Assembly (NCBI GenBank): GCA_963772905.1
Contig: CAVYZD010000001.1
Coordinates: 926,144 to 990,143 of the forward strand
Length of the DNA stretch: 64,000 nt
Reading direction: 5' to 3'
From: Bryobacterales bacterium
Lineage (GTDB): Bacteria; Acidobacteriota; Terriglobia; Bryobacterales; Bryobacteraceae
Each line of letters begins with the position of its first letter. The first letter of the stretch is position 1. A program made the position numbers and the translations under genes. Below, one piece after another: positions 53,982 to 63,297 of this stretch. The notes beneath the pieces were generated by a model. It was given only the letters and a program-made list of their open reading frames with translations. It made no database searches and was not told where the DNA came from.

Positions 53982-55157
53982 TTATTCCTTAACAGTCCTT
54001 AGTACGCGTCCCGCCGTATCGACACATTTCTCCGCTTCTGCTATTACTTCTGCCGTCTTATGGCGATGAACTACACCTAGCGCCTTTTCTAACTTGGTGC
54101 TCGCCGTTCCCAACAGTTTGCGTACCATGGTCTCCTCGCCGTCCGACATTTCATACGCCTCACGAAGATCACGATTGTTGCGTAAGTACTCAACTGCAGC
54201 CGGGCTGGCGACAACATGCGACAAGTAGTTGGTGATGTCCCTTGATTCCTTAATCACGGGCCGCACCTTGGTTCCCTCCCCATAAATCCACGATAGAAAA
54301 TCTCGAAGGTTCTTCAGGTGCGTCTCTGGGATAGGCTCTTCAAGATCCACCTCGTCCAAAGGAAGAACCTTAGCTTTGTCAGAAGTCTTGGTCGGCTTGG
54401 CCCAGCCGAGAAAGATCTTTATGTTGCGTTGCCCGATTGCGAGGACCATATACGAGAAGTCCTCCTTTGCCCGCGAGATGTCCCAATCAAGATCGGTCCG
54501 TGCCTGTTGGAGGATGAAGTACGACACAGCATTCTTGAGGACACCTTGAGACCTGTCTCCCACTTCCTGCTCGATTTCCTCAATTTTCTTACCCTCATCA
54601 AGCATTTTGGCGATATAGCGAGCCTTAGCATAGCTGTCCCATTTCTTGTTGCCAGTGATGTGCCGGACGCCTAAGTACGGGAGTACTTCCTTCCGCGTCG
54701 GATAAATTATCACTGGCAGTTCGTCCAGGTCCTTGCGTACTGCGGGAGAGATTTCGGGCCAACCGCGAACATGGAGCTTCTTCCGCGTTGTGGCCTCACG
54801 AAGAATTCGGGCAGTGGCCAACCGACGATTTCCCTCAACAACGGTAAACTCAGCGTCAGTGAGGAAGGCTAGATATTCCTTTGAGGGCGTCTCGCCTGTT
54901 TTTGGTTGAAGTTTCTTAGGAAGGTCGTCTGGCACGGCTACAAGTGGCTCTTCATCGAAGTAACCGTTTTGAGCCATAGGCGCCGCAATCTCATCCAAGT
55001 CGAAGTGCTCGTAGAGATGTTGAAGCAATTCGTCCTCATCAGTCCCTTGAATGTTTTCGGGCAGGCGAGGGTTTAGGGGATCCAAATGCAATTGATCGAT
55101 CGGGACGTTTCGGAGCGGTCTCTTGCGCCCCAGGGCTGCTGGTTGTTTGTTAGCCAT
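53982..55157 (-). CDS. ParB/Srx N-terminal-domain protein
   Basis: VPIDQLHLDPLNPRLP and VVEGNRRLATARIL are ParB-box-like blocks. The C-terminus is long and helical. Confidence 0.7.
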   Translation of the reverse strand: MANKQPAALGRKRPLRNVPIDQLHLDPLNPRLPENIQGTDEDELLQHLYEHFDLDEIAAPMAQNGYFDEEPLVAVPDDLPKKLQPKTGETPSKEYLAFLTDAEFTVVEGNRRLATARILREATTRKKLHVRGWPEISPAVRKDLDELPVIIYPTRKEVLPYLGVRHITGNKKWDSYAKARYIAKMLDEGKKIEEIEQEVGDRSQGVLKNAVSYFILQQARTDLDWDISRAKEDFSYMVLAIGQRNIKIFLGWAKPTKTSDKAKVLPLDEVDLEEPIPETHLKNLRDFLSWIYGEGTKVRPVIKESRDITNYLSHVVASPAAVEYLRNNRDLREAYEMSDGEETMVRKLLGTASTKLEKALGVVHRHKTAEVIAEAEKCVDTAGRVLRTVKE

Positions 55158-55285
55158 CTCGTTCGCTGCCTTCTATGATCCAGATTGCTCTACATAACAG
55201 GTTCGGTCGCGTCGGCCAACTTTGTGTCTCCTGGCCCTCAAGTGAGGACATGTGGTACAGGAGCTTGCTTGTAACTGAAACTCAC

Positions 55286-56296
55286 TCATAACTCTCTCCG
55301 AGGAAGCAGCCTCCCAAACGCAGCGTCCGACTCAATCAATGTGTCGGTGCTGACTGCCTCCAACGCAGAAAGATCAGCCCGAAAATGTACGTCGCTCACG
55401 CCAGCGGGCAAAGGACCCCGTATCGCAGGGATTTCACTGAGCCGGTAGAATCTGAGCGAAGATTTAGCGAGTTTAGAGTCGAATGCAAGTGCCAGCGAAT
55501 TCGTCAGGTCCGACCCGAGCGTGCCGGTCACCACATCGTGAAGTTTAAGCACGAGGTCAGGATAGGCTGCGATGCTCGTCTCAATCTCGGCGATGACCGA
55601 ACGCAGCGTGACGCCACCGGGCGATCGCTCGACAAACAATGAAGCCGCAATCGCGACTGTGGCAGGTGGCGGATTGCATTGTTCGTACGAGAAGGTATGC
55701 GCGCGAACACGTCCCGCAGTTGTCTTGACATCCATACGAATGTTGCCATCGGCGAAATCAAAGCGCGCTGTTTCATCTATCCGCCAAGCCGTCACTGCCG
55801 CCGGTGTGCTCTCGCTCATCGATAAGACGTACAACTCGCCGAAGAGACCGTTGACCGAACGTGACGGCGCCTTTTGCAACTTCTGAAAGATAGCTGCCAG
55901 CCTATGGACAGCGCTCGCAATCTCTCGCTGTCTCGGCCTATCGCCGACCATTCCGATGATCGTGTCGCAAACTGAAAGGAAATACCTTGCGGTTTCGGCA
56001 TCGAGAGAGCGACAGCGAACAACCGTGAAAAGGCCGGTCCGCTCGGCTTCCTTGCCTCGCTTAACGTGACACCGAAGCTCGAATTGAACATCGAGATTTT
56101 CCAGCCGAATCGGCGATGAAAGCCGCCCCTGCTCACTCGCGACGACAAGAAGGCAAGCGTGCCCCTCCCGGTCCTTTCCGACGAAGTAGCTTTCGTAGCC
56201 ACGGAGGGGCATTACCGAATAAATCGGCTTATCGAGGTTTTCCCCGGTCGGCGCCGCAAGGCCGTCGAAGATTCCTTCAAGGCGCGCTGCCATCAT
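55286..56296 (-). CDS. PD-(D/E)XK motif protein
   Basis: ...ELYVLS...FDFADGNIRMDVKTT gives a D..D.K arrangement. The ATG at 56296 overlaps the Z1 gene stop as ATGA. Confidence 0.7.
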   Translation of the reverse strand: MMAARLEGIFDGLAAPTGENLDKPIYSVMPLRGYESYFVGKDREGHACLLVVASEQGRLSSPIRLENLDVQFELRCHVKRGKEAERTGLFTVVRCRSLDAETARYFLSVCDTIIGMVGDRPRQREIASAVHRLAAIFQKLQKAPSRSVNGLFGELYVLSMSESTPAAVTAWRIDETARFDFADGNIRMDVKTTAGRVRAHTFSYEQCNPPPATVAIAASLFVERSPGGVTLRSVIAEIETSIAAYPDLVLKLHDVVTGTLGSDLTNSLALAFDSKLAKSSLRFYRLSEIPAIRGPLPAGVSDVHFRADLSALEAVSTDTLIESDAAFGRLLPRREL

Positions 56297-58530
56297 TCGG
56301 CCTGACCCGGCTGGTTCTGATCCAGCCAGCCACGAGCCATCCGAGCGGGCACCCATACCGCGAGCACGGGTACATTCTCCATAATCACTCGTTGGACGCC
56401 GCCCTCTTCTCGCGTCAGATCAAGCGTGTGTATCTGAATTGACACATTGCCATCCTCCCGGATCGCGCTGTCACCCGGATAAACCTCTCCACGACGCTCG
56501 CGGGGCTGTACTGGGGCAGCGCCTTGAAAGAGATTGGTGACCTCTCCGTTCTCGTCAATGCCGCGGCGTCTTCTGGAGGCGGGGCTCATGCGAAACACGG
56601 TACACACTTCGTCGGGATTATCTTCCAGTGCCTTACTCAACTGCAGAAGCAGGCCAGTGTAGCGCTGTGAATCGGTAGTGCCGGTGATGCGCATCCGGAC
56701 GAGTAATCGCTCTATGGCGTCGCGGAGTGGAAAATCTTCGCACACCTGATGCCTCTGAATGTCGGTGCGAGCCGGGTGCCCGTCATTATCGACAAATTGA
56801 AGACCCTGGATGAAACCGGTTACGGCATCACGGTTAGCCCGGACAACACTGTCAGACGATAGAACCACGCGGGGAGTGACCCAGTCATCTGAGAAACGGC
56901 CCCGCATGAAATCGAACTCAAGCACGCTATTCCGGCACGGCTGCAGCGCTGTATCCAACACAAAGGCTCTCTTCCACTCGTTTAGCGACCGGCCGTTGTC
57001 CTGAAACTCGCTTAATTGGCTGCGGATATCCTCTTCATGCTCCACGTAATTCTGGAATGCCGTTACTGTCCCCTGCTCCAGGTACACCCGGCAGTAACCG
57101 AGGTATCGTCTCTTGTACCCGAAGAAGCGTGCGCGCTGCTGTATGGTATCGGCGTTCCCCACTCCAATTCCGCGCGGCATATAGGTGACAGTGAGGCCTT
57201 CAACTGTGAAGCCGCGGTCCATTGCCTGCCCGCCCACCAATATCCAGCCGTAGGCGCTACGCCAATCAACTTCAGGAGTACGCCCTCCTACAGCGTTCAC
57301 CTCCATGAGCCGCGTATTCCGAAACGCAAATCGGAAAGAAGGAACAAGCTCATCAAACGCGGGAAGACCTGCTCTAACTGTCGCGGCTAGGTCGGTATAA
57401 GCTTCGCGGAACTCTTCGATCAACTCCTGCTTATCCGCATCGTCATCACGGAGATTCAGGATACGCTTCCACTCTTCAAAAATGTCCCGGACCCAGTTGT
57501 AGTATTCCCGATGCTGCGCAGTCCTGTGCGATGGGTGAACCAACATTGAGCGGTTCCCGGTATTCCGGCCCGCTTGTATTCCTGCGGTTACACCGACCAT
57601 GAAAACCTTGAGCGCTTCCAGGAGCGATTCCGGAGGCTCGTTCAGCGGATTGGCATTGGTTGGAACGTCCTGAGGTGGAATGACGCGCGCCAATCCGCCG
57701 TTGTCCGCAAAAAACTCCCGGCCACCGACATAGTCCGCGCCCGGATCGAGCACCTGGACAAAGTTCGGCGACAGGGAATCAATAATACTGATCAGGAGCG
57801 GCGCCTGTGGTGTCGCGGTGTATTGCAGGTAGGTCTGGTTCGGCAATTCCTGACGTAACTCCATGAGGCAGCGGTACGTCGTGCTTTCCTGGCCTTGCGC
57901 GACCTCGGTGTTCAGGCTCGCCTGGTCCGCCTCGTCGTCAATGATCAGCACCGGCGTGGCCTGCATTCCGACGGCACGAACGAGATCTCTGAGGTTCTGC
58001 AGGCGGCGATGATTCTTCAGAACAGTAATGAGGATCGTCTTCTTGAATTCTTCCGGTGTGCTGTCGTCCCGCCAATCGTCCAAAACATCGCGAATGGCTT
58101 GGACCGTAGGATCGTCATCGCCAGGATTCTGAAATTGAATCCACCGCCTCTCGCGGCCAGGCTCATCCAGTCTCAAGTCCCGACGCAGCCGCCCGGTAGA
58201 TTGCTCAAAGAGCGGGTTGGATGTGCCGGCAACGACAATCACAACATGGAAGGCGTTGTCGCGGGCTAATGCGGCAACCGTCTCAAAAGACATCGTCTTG
58301 CCGCTTTGAACGTAGCCAACCACGAGCCCGGTCTCCTGCCCGGCCGGCGCAGTGGGCGGTGTTCCTTTCGCAAGGATCGAGATCGCTGCTTCGCGGACGC
58401 CGTCTCGGCTGGCTTCAGGAACTACCGTCTGTAGAAACTCAAGCCCCTCTGGGCCAACAGTCGGTACCCAATTGCCCTCGGGTACGCCGTCCGGGTCGGG
58501 CTCTACAATGATTTGATCTCCATCTGCCAT
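56293..58530 (-). CDS. Z1-domain P-loop/helicase-like protein
   Basis: Walker A is GYVQSGKT and the DEAD-like Walker B is LIIDDEADQAS. The large C-terminal region is typical of Z1 proteins from dcm-linked restriction clusters. Confidence 0.8.
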   Translation of the reverse strand: MADGDQIIVEPDPDGVPEGNWVPTVGPEGLEFLQTVVPEASRDGVREAAISILAKGTPPTAPAGQETGLVVGYVQSGKTMSFETVAALARDNAFHVVIVVAGTSNPLFEQSTGRLRRDLRLDEPGRERRWIQFQNPGDDDPTVQAIRDVLDDWRDDSTPEEFKKTILITVLKNHRRLQNLRDLVRAVGMQATPVLIIDDEADQASLNTEVAQGQESTTYRCLMELRQELPNQTYLQYTATPQAPLLISIIDSLSPNFVQVLDPGADYVGGREFFADNGGLARVIPPQDVPTNANPLNEPPESLLEALKVFMVGVTAGIQAGRNTGNRSMLVHPSHRTAQHREYYNWVRDIFEEWKRILNLRDDDADKQELIEEFREAYTDLAATVRAGLPAFDELVPSFRFAFRNTRLMEVNAVGGRTPEVDWRSAYGWILVGGQAMDRGFTVEGLTVTYMPRGIGVGNADTIQQRARFFGYKRRYLGYCRVYLEQGTVTAFQNYVEHEEDIRSQLSEFQDNGRSLNEWKRAFVLDTALQPCRNSVLEFDFMRGRFSDDWVTPRVVLSSDSVVRANRDAVTGFIQGLQFVDNDGHPARTDIQRHQVCEDFPLRDAIERLLVRMRITGTTDSQRYTGLLLQLSKALEDNPDEVCTVFRMSPASRRRRGIDENGEVTNLFQGAAPVQPRERRGEVYPGDSAIREDGNVSIQIHTLDLTREEGGVQRVIMENVPVLAVWVPARMARGWLDQNQPGQAE

Positions 58531-58547
58531 AGCGTCGTCATCCTATC

Positions 58548-60083
58548 TTACGGCTCCGAAAGCGCCTCCCGGAGAATATCGTTCACATTGCGCCGCACCG
58601 TTCCCGCTTTGCGTACACCGGAATCGCGCGCCAGGACCTCCGCCAATCCAAGCGCAGCCGCCACGCGAAGGAGGGCTTCCACGTCCTCGATGTCGGTTTG
58701 GGCGAAGCGCACCATGAATGGATGTGACATTGAGACTCGGATATCGAGTTTTCTTGGCTCTTTCCGCGTCTCGGGAGTATCGCTAAGAGCCAGCCACTGG
58801 CTTTCGCTGGCATCATCTGCGAGCTCCACGTTTATCGACCAAATCTTGCCGCGGAACTTTACTTCAAACCGTCGATTGGCCAAAGTGGATTTATGGGGAG
58901 CCTCTCGCTCTGGGGTGTCCACTGGCGCCGCGCCTGCGACGGCTGGCAGGACTTCCGGCAGTTTTTTCTCCATGGCCTGCGCCGTGTTTGAGACGGCCTG
59001 CTTTGCTGTATTCGCCAGTTGAGCGCGAGCCGCGCGCACTCTGTAATTCTCCGCCTGCTTAAGCAGCGGCAATTCTTCACTGTCGAGATGGTCACGGAGA
59101 AGCTCTAGAAACGGCTGCTCGTTCTCGTCCCAGCGAAACCCGTCTTTCGTATGGCTGACCTCAAAGCCTTCGAGATGGAGCTCCCCGAATAGACGCTGGT
59201 ATCGGTAGCTGTTGGGATTGCCGAAAATGTACGCAGGGCGGTAGCCTTCATCCCCGGTACCCTGAATAACGCGCCCTCTGCGAAACAGAGAGAATCCGGC
59301 TCTTGCAACGCTTGCTGTCTCCCGCAGCGCTGCAAATCCATGTACGGCAAGACCATCGCCGAAATCAAACTCGATGGTCTTTCGCCAAACACGGTCTGGG
59401 CCGCCCTTATCCTTGTAATAGGGTGCCTTGAACACTTTTGGTTCTTTATAGGCCAGCGCCTCACCGTTGAAGCGCAAATCAAGCAAGCCGTCCCTTATGA
59501 ACCCTCTGTAGATATCGGTCAGGTGCTCCTTAAGCTTGGCCACCGTGCGTCCGACTGGGACGTGAAAAATGTCCTCCAGAATAACTTCCGTGTAATGGCT
59601 GGTGGGCTTCTCCGCTTTCTCGCGGATTTCCAACTCCTCGATGTCGTCATTGATAATGTTCTCGATGTCAAAGTGGATCGTGCGGGAAACCGACTCCCCG
59701 ATTGCGCAAGTGCGCACACTCCACCGCGGCGCGAACCAGCACGCGGCACTTTTCATCCCCATCCCAAACTCCGCAAGTCCCGATCGGTCCGGCGGAAGGG
59801 CTGCAGGACGGAACGCGCGGGCGTATTCCCGCTCAGAGATACCGGCAGCATTATCCCGTATCGATATTCGTGCGGGCGCCGTTGTGTTGATATCGACATC
59901 AACGCGCAGCTTGAAGGCCTTTCCTTCGATCTTTTCCAGGGCCTCGCGATGCTTGCTGAAGCTCTCTACAGCGTTATCGACGAACTCGCCCAACGCGAAC
60001 CAGGGCCTGTAGTTGAGGTGCCGCAAGACTGCGAGCACGCTGACGCCCGGTCGGATGTCTACCTTTTTAACTGGCACGGCCAA
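58548..60083 (-). CDS. GHKL (MORC/HATPase_c_3-like) ATPase
   Basis: N-box EFVDNAVES, G1 IRDNAAGIS and G2 GLAEFGMGMKSA are present. Confidence 0.85.
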   Translation of the reverse strand: MAVPVKKVDIRPGVSVLAVLRHLNYRPWFALGEFVDNAVESFSKHREALEKIEGKAFKLRVDVDINTTAPARISIRDNAAGISEREYARAFRPAALPPDRSGLAEFGMGMKSAACWFAPRWSVRTCAIGESVSRTIHFDIENIINDDIEELEIREKAEKPTSHYTEVILEDIFHVPVGRTVAKLKEHLTDIYRGFIRDGLLDLRFNGEALAYKEPKVFKAPYYKDKGGPDRVWRKTIEFDFGDGLAVHGFAALRETASVARAGFSLFRRGRVIQGTGDEGYRPAYIFGNPNSYRYQRLFGELHLEGFEVSHTKDGFRWDENEQPFLELLRDHLDSEELPLLKQAENYRVRAARAQLANTAKQAVSNTAQAMEKKLPEVLPAVAGAAPVDTPEREAPHKSTLANRRFEVKFRGKIWSINVELADDASESQWLALSDTPETRKEPRKLDIRVSMSHPFMVRFAQTDIEDVEALLRVAAALGLAEVLARDSGVRKAGTVRRNVNDILREALSEP

Positions 60084-60110
60084 TGAGGGTCATCCATCTT
60101 GCAAGATCAG

Positions 60111-61517
60111 TCACGCTGCTTGGACCGCAGCCTCCGCTTTCTCTGAGCTCCGCGGCGACCGCACGCGGCTTTCAGATGCATGCGCGTCAGGCTGTTCAGC
60201 ATCGCAAGCCAGAAGGTGTTCGGCAATCTTTTTCACGACGGTGACATTTACTGCGTTGCCCAAAGCTTTGAAAGCGCCTCCCTGAGTATCCGGGAGATAC
60301 TTAAGTCCACCCATGCTTTGAAGCCGGCTGCATTCACGGGTAGTCATATACCGACGCTCCCACGCGATCACAGGAACCTGGCTTGTCGTCATCGCCACAA
60401 GCGATGGCGCGGTCGTCGGGCGCTTGACTCGAATGCCCGATGCGCGAAACTGCAACACATACTTCCAGACGTCTCTTTCTTCGCCCTTACAGTTCCATTC
60501 GAATTTCTGGAAACTCGGCGCGAAGTCCCAAATCGAAGGCAGCCAATTGTCGATCCACTTCCTGTGGCGTTTATAGAGCTCCCGGTTTTGCCGAATAAAA
60601 TCGATCTTCCATTTCGGAAAAGCCTTCGTGCGTCCGCGGGCGTAGGGCGGCAGCGCGGCGATCACTTCCTTCCGGGACAGCCCGCGAAGGGACACACCCA
60701 TACTTCCCTTGAACGAGTCGAGACGCGTCAGCCCTGCTCCAGCCGGAGATTCGTCTTCGTACGGATAAGTTGCGCCGAATTCCATCGCCCAAATCGGAAA
60801 TGAGGGTAGCTCTTCTCGTTTCGGAAAGCGATCGAGAAATTTTTGCCAGGCACGAAGGTAAGTCAGGAAGGTTTTGGGCAGTGGCCGCGCGTCAGTCGGC
60901 GTCTTGTCGAGCACCGACCGAATTGAGAGCTCTATGTCTTTTGACGGCTCTGGCCAAGTGAAACCATCGAGCCCTCCGCGCCGGCCGACGATGAATGCGC
61001 GCTCCCGGATTTGGGGGACTCCAAACTGGTGCGGAGACGCCAACCCATCATCAACGCCGTAGCCTGCCAACCGTAAGCGATGCTCGATCGTCCGCCATGT
61101 CTTGCCCTGTCGGTGACGAACCAGGTTGGGAACATTTTCAATGATGAAGTAACGAGGCTTATGAGTACGCAGTATTTGAACTACATAGTCAATGAGATCG
61201 CCCCATTGCGGACATTGAAGACCCTCCTGCCAGCCTGCTTTTGAGAACGGCTGACACGGAAATCCGGCACAGAGGATATCGTGGGACGGGACCTCATCGA
61301 TGTCGAGCGTCCTTATGTCGCCGTGCGGAAGAAGTCCAAAATTCTTCTCATAAAGTGCGGCCAGGATCTCGTTGACTTCGCATGCGAACACGCATTTATG
61401 GCCTAATGACTGCAGCGCCAAATGAAAACCGCCGAGGCCGGCAAACAGATCCACGAACCGCAGGGGCTCATCCGCCTTGCTGTGCGCGCCGTGTCCGTTA
61501 TTGCGTCCTATCCCCAT
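60111..61517 (-). CDS. dcm: DNA (cytosine-5)-methyltransferase
   Basis: Motif I is DLFAGLGG, motif IV is GFPCQPFS and motif VI is ENV (IIENVPNL). Confidence 0.95.
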   Translation of the reverse strand: MGIGRNNGHGAHSKADEPLRFVDLFAGLGGFHLALQSLGHKCVFACEVNEILAALYEKNFGLLPHGDIRTLDIDEVPSHDILCAGFPCQPFSKAGWQEGLQCPQWGDLIDYVVQILRTHKPRYFIIENVPNLVRHRQGKTWRTIEHRLRLAGYGVDDGLASPHQFGVPQIRERAFIVGRRGGLDGFTWPEPSKDIELSIRSVLDKTPTDARPLPKTFLTYLRAWQKFLDRFPKREELPSFPIWAMEFGATYPYEDESPAGAGLTRLDSFKGSMGVSLRGLSRKEVIAALPPYARGRTKAFPKWKIDFIRQNRELYKRHRKWIDNWLPSIWDFAPSFQKFEWNCKGEERDVWKYVLQFRASGIRVKRPTTAPSLVAMTTSQVPVIAWERRYMTTRECSRLQSMGGLKYLPDTQGGAFKALGNAVNVTVVKKIAEHLLACDAEQPDAHASESRVRSPRSSEKAEAAVQAA

Positions 61518-61519
61518 TT

Positions 61520-61726
61520 CTAGTCCTGTTTACCGCCGAAGAGCGGCCATTTGTCCGCCAGATATTTATCAACGGCATCCCGTACTACCCAGGCCAAAGA
61601 CACCTTCTTCTCCTTGGCGATTGCGTCCAAAGTTCCGTACACATCGGGCGAAAAACTGATCGATGCCCGTATGGCCGCCTTGCGTCCGGCCTTGATCTTC
61701 TTTCCATCGAGCGGCTTATCCTTCAC
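61520..61726 (-). CDS. ribbon-helix-helix (CopG-like) protein
   Basis: 68 aa. ISFSPDVYGTLDAIAKEKKVSLAWVVRDAVDKYL fits a beta strand followed by two helices. It stops 2 nt before the dcm start. Confidence 0.6.
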   Translation of the reverse strand: MKDKPLDGKKIKAGRKAAIRASISFSPDVYGTLDAIAKEKKVSLAWVVRDAVDKYLADKWPLFGGKQD

Positions 61727-61876
61727 ACACGATGCCCGTTCACCACTTTACACCACCTCGGTGACGGGCGGAAGGCACGTTGGCTTTAGAACAGCCATCG
61801 ATGCCCAGACTGTGACAGTCGGGTTACACGATCCGATCATGCCCCGAATTGTGGGCCATGACCGGACACTATTACG

Positions 61877-62200
61877 TCACGACTGCGGTTTGTATCCGTA
61901 TTCAGCTAAGCGCTTGCGAGCAATTTCACGCTCCTGCTCCGAGAAAAGCGGGTGCCATTCCTCAGCAAGAATGACCGCTTCGACCGTCAGATCAAGACGC
62001 TGCCGCTCCCACAGAGCAATGTAACCTTCGGAGACCTTGGTAGCGTGCAGGAGAATCTGAGCGGTCTCAAGCCCGCGACGATCGTGCAGCATCTGAAAAA
62101 AACGCGTCGCCTTGTAGTCGCACTCGTCCAGCGCCCGCCGGTACACCGCCATCATGGCGTCGTCAAACCGCACCTTAAGCCTCGTCAAGTCGTCGCTCAT
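61877..62200 (-). CDS. hypothetical protein (107 aa)
   Basis: GAGGAG lies 3-4 nt upstream of the ATG. It overlaps the upstream HNH gene by 26 nt. Confidence 0.5.
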   Translation of the reverse strand: MSDDLTRLKVRFDDAMMAVYRRALDECDYKATRFFQMLHDRRGLETAQILLHATKVSEGYIALWERQRLDLTVEAVILAEEWHPLFSEQEREIARKRLAEYGYKPQS

Positions 62201-62813
62201 CTGCTCCTCGATTCTCTAACGAGTGGCCGTCACTACCTCCGCCAATTGGCGATTTAGTCCGTCCCGCCTCGATGATCGCGAGCAACTCCAAAGCAACCTT
62301 CTGAGCTTCGGACAAATGCGCCACCGCGGTATCCAGCAAATTCCGGTAATGCGACCAACGCTCCGGGCCAACAATCGCCGCGTAGTCAATGCATACCGGA
62401 TCGCGCCAGCGCTCGTACGCTTCCAGCCTTGATACCCGCTCATCGAGGTCAGAGATGCCGCGGCGTTTTGGCGAGCGGGCGGCGGTGCTGAGCATCCATT
62501 CCTTCCAGTTTTTGTTTCCCTTCGACTGGTTGCACTTGCCGCAAGCGGGCACGAGGTTGGCGATTTCGGTGATGTACCCCGTCGGCAGACGCCCCTTGAC
62601 GATCGGCCGAAAATGGTCCCATTCGGTGCGCGGGTCACCGCAGTAGGCGCAACGGCAGTTGCCGGTGGTCATTCCCAATACTGCCAATGCCTCCGCAACG
62701 TCGTCGTCGGACGGGGGAATGACCGGAGTAATGGCTTGGAAAAAAGCCGCCGTTATGCTCGACGTGCGTCCGTCTACGCGGCCTCTGCTGGGAAGATCAA
62801 AATCCGGATGCAT
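62175..62813 (-). CDS. HNH endonuclease-domain protein
   Basis: CAYCGDPRTEWDHFRPIV...NLVPACGKCNQSKG is an HNH motif with a Cys4 zinc site. Confidence 0.8.
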   Translation of the reverse strand: MHPDFDLPSRGRVDGRTSSITAAFFQAITPVIPPSDDDVAEALAVLGMTTGNCRCAYCGDPRTEWDHFRPIVKGRLPTGYITEIANLVPACGKCNQSKGNKNWKEWMLSTAARSPKRRGISDLDERVSRLEAYERWRDPVCIDYAAIVGPERWSHYRNLLDTAVAHLSEAQKVALELLAIIEAGRTKSPIGGGSDGHSLENRGADERRLDEA

Positions 62814-63297
62814 AATCCCTGTTCAACTCTTTTCCATCCCCGTTTGCACGATGGTAGTCGAGCGTTCGGGTGAATTGCGGAGCCGAAGTGTTGCAGCTCA
62901 CGATGCGGTTTTACCACGATTACAACCTGCTGATCGAGGGTCACATTGCGAGCCAAGGAACGGCGAATCCACCTGACGGCGAGGCCGGGTTCTCATACGC
63001 GGGGATGTCGCACCGGGCTCCAAGCCTGCTCCTTCCAAGGCGGGCGTCTGCGGTGACCGGTTCATAGTCGTTTCTCGGTCCTTTGCTGTGCCCCTCCTCC
63101 GCCAGGTTTATCCGAACCGTAAGCCTCGACCCTGACCGTCCGCAGGCGCGCCCGTCAACGGCGCGGCCCGCTCCATTCGCGCTTCGCGCTCCCGTGTTGG
63201 CCGTTTCCCTTCGGTGACGTTCGGCCTTTTTGCGGCCGGTCCTCTGGTGCTCGGCGGTTCGGAAATAACCGGGCCGCAGAAAAAGGAGCACAGAATT

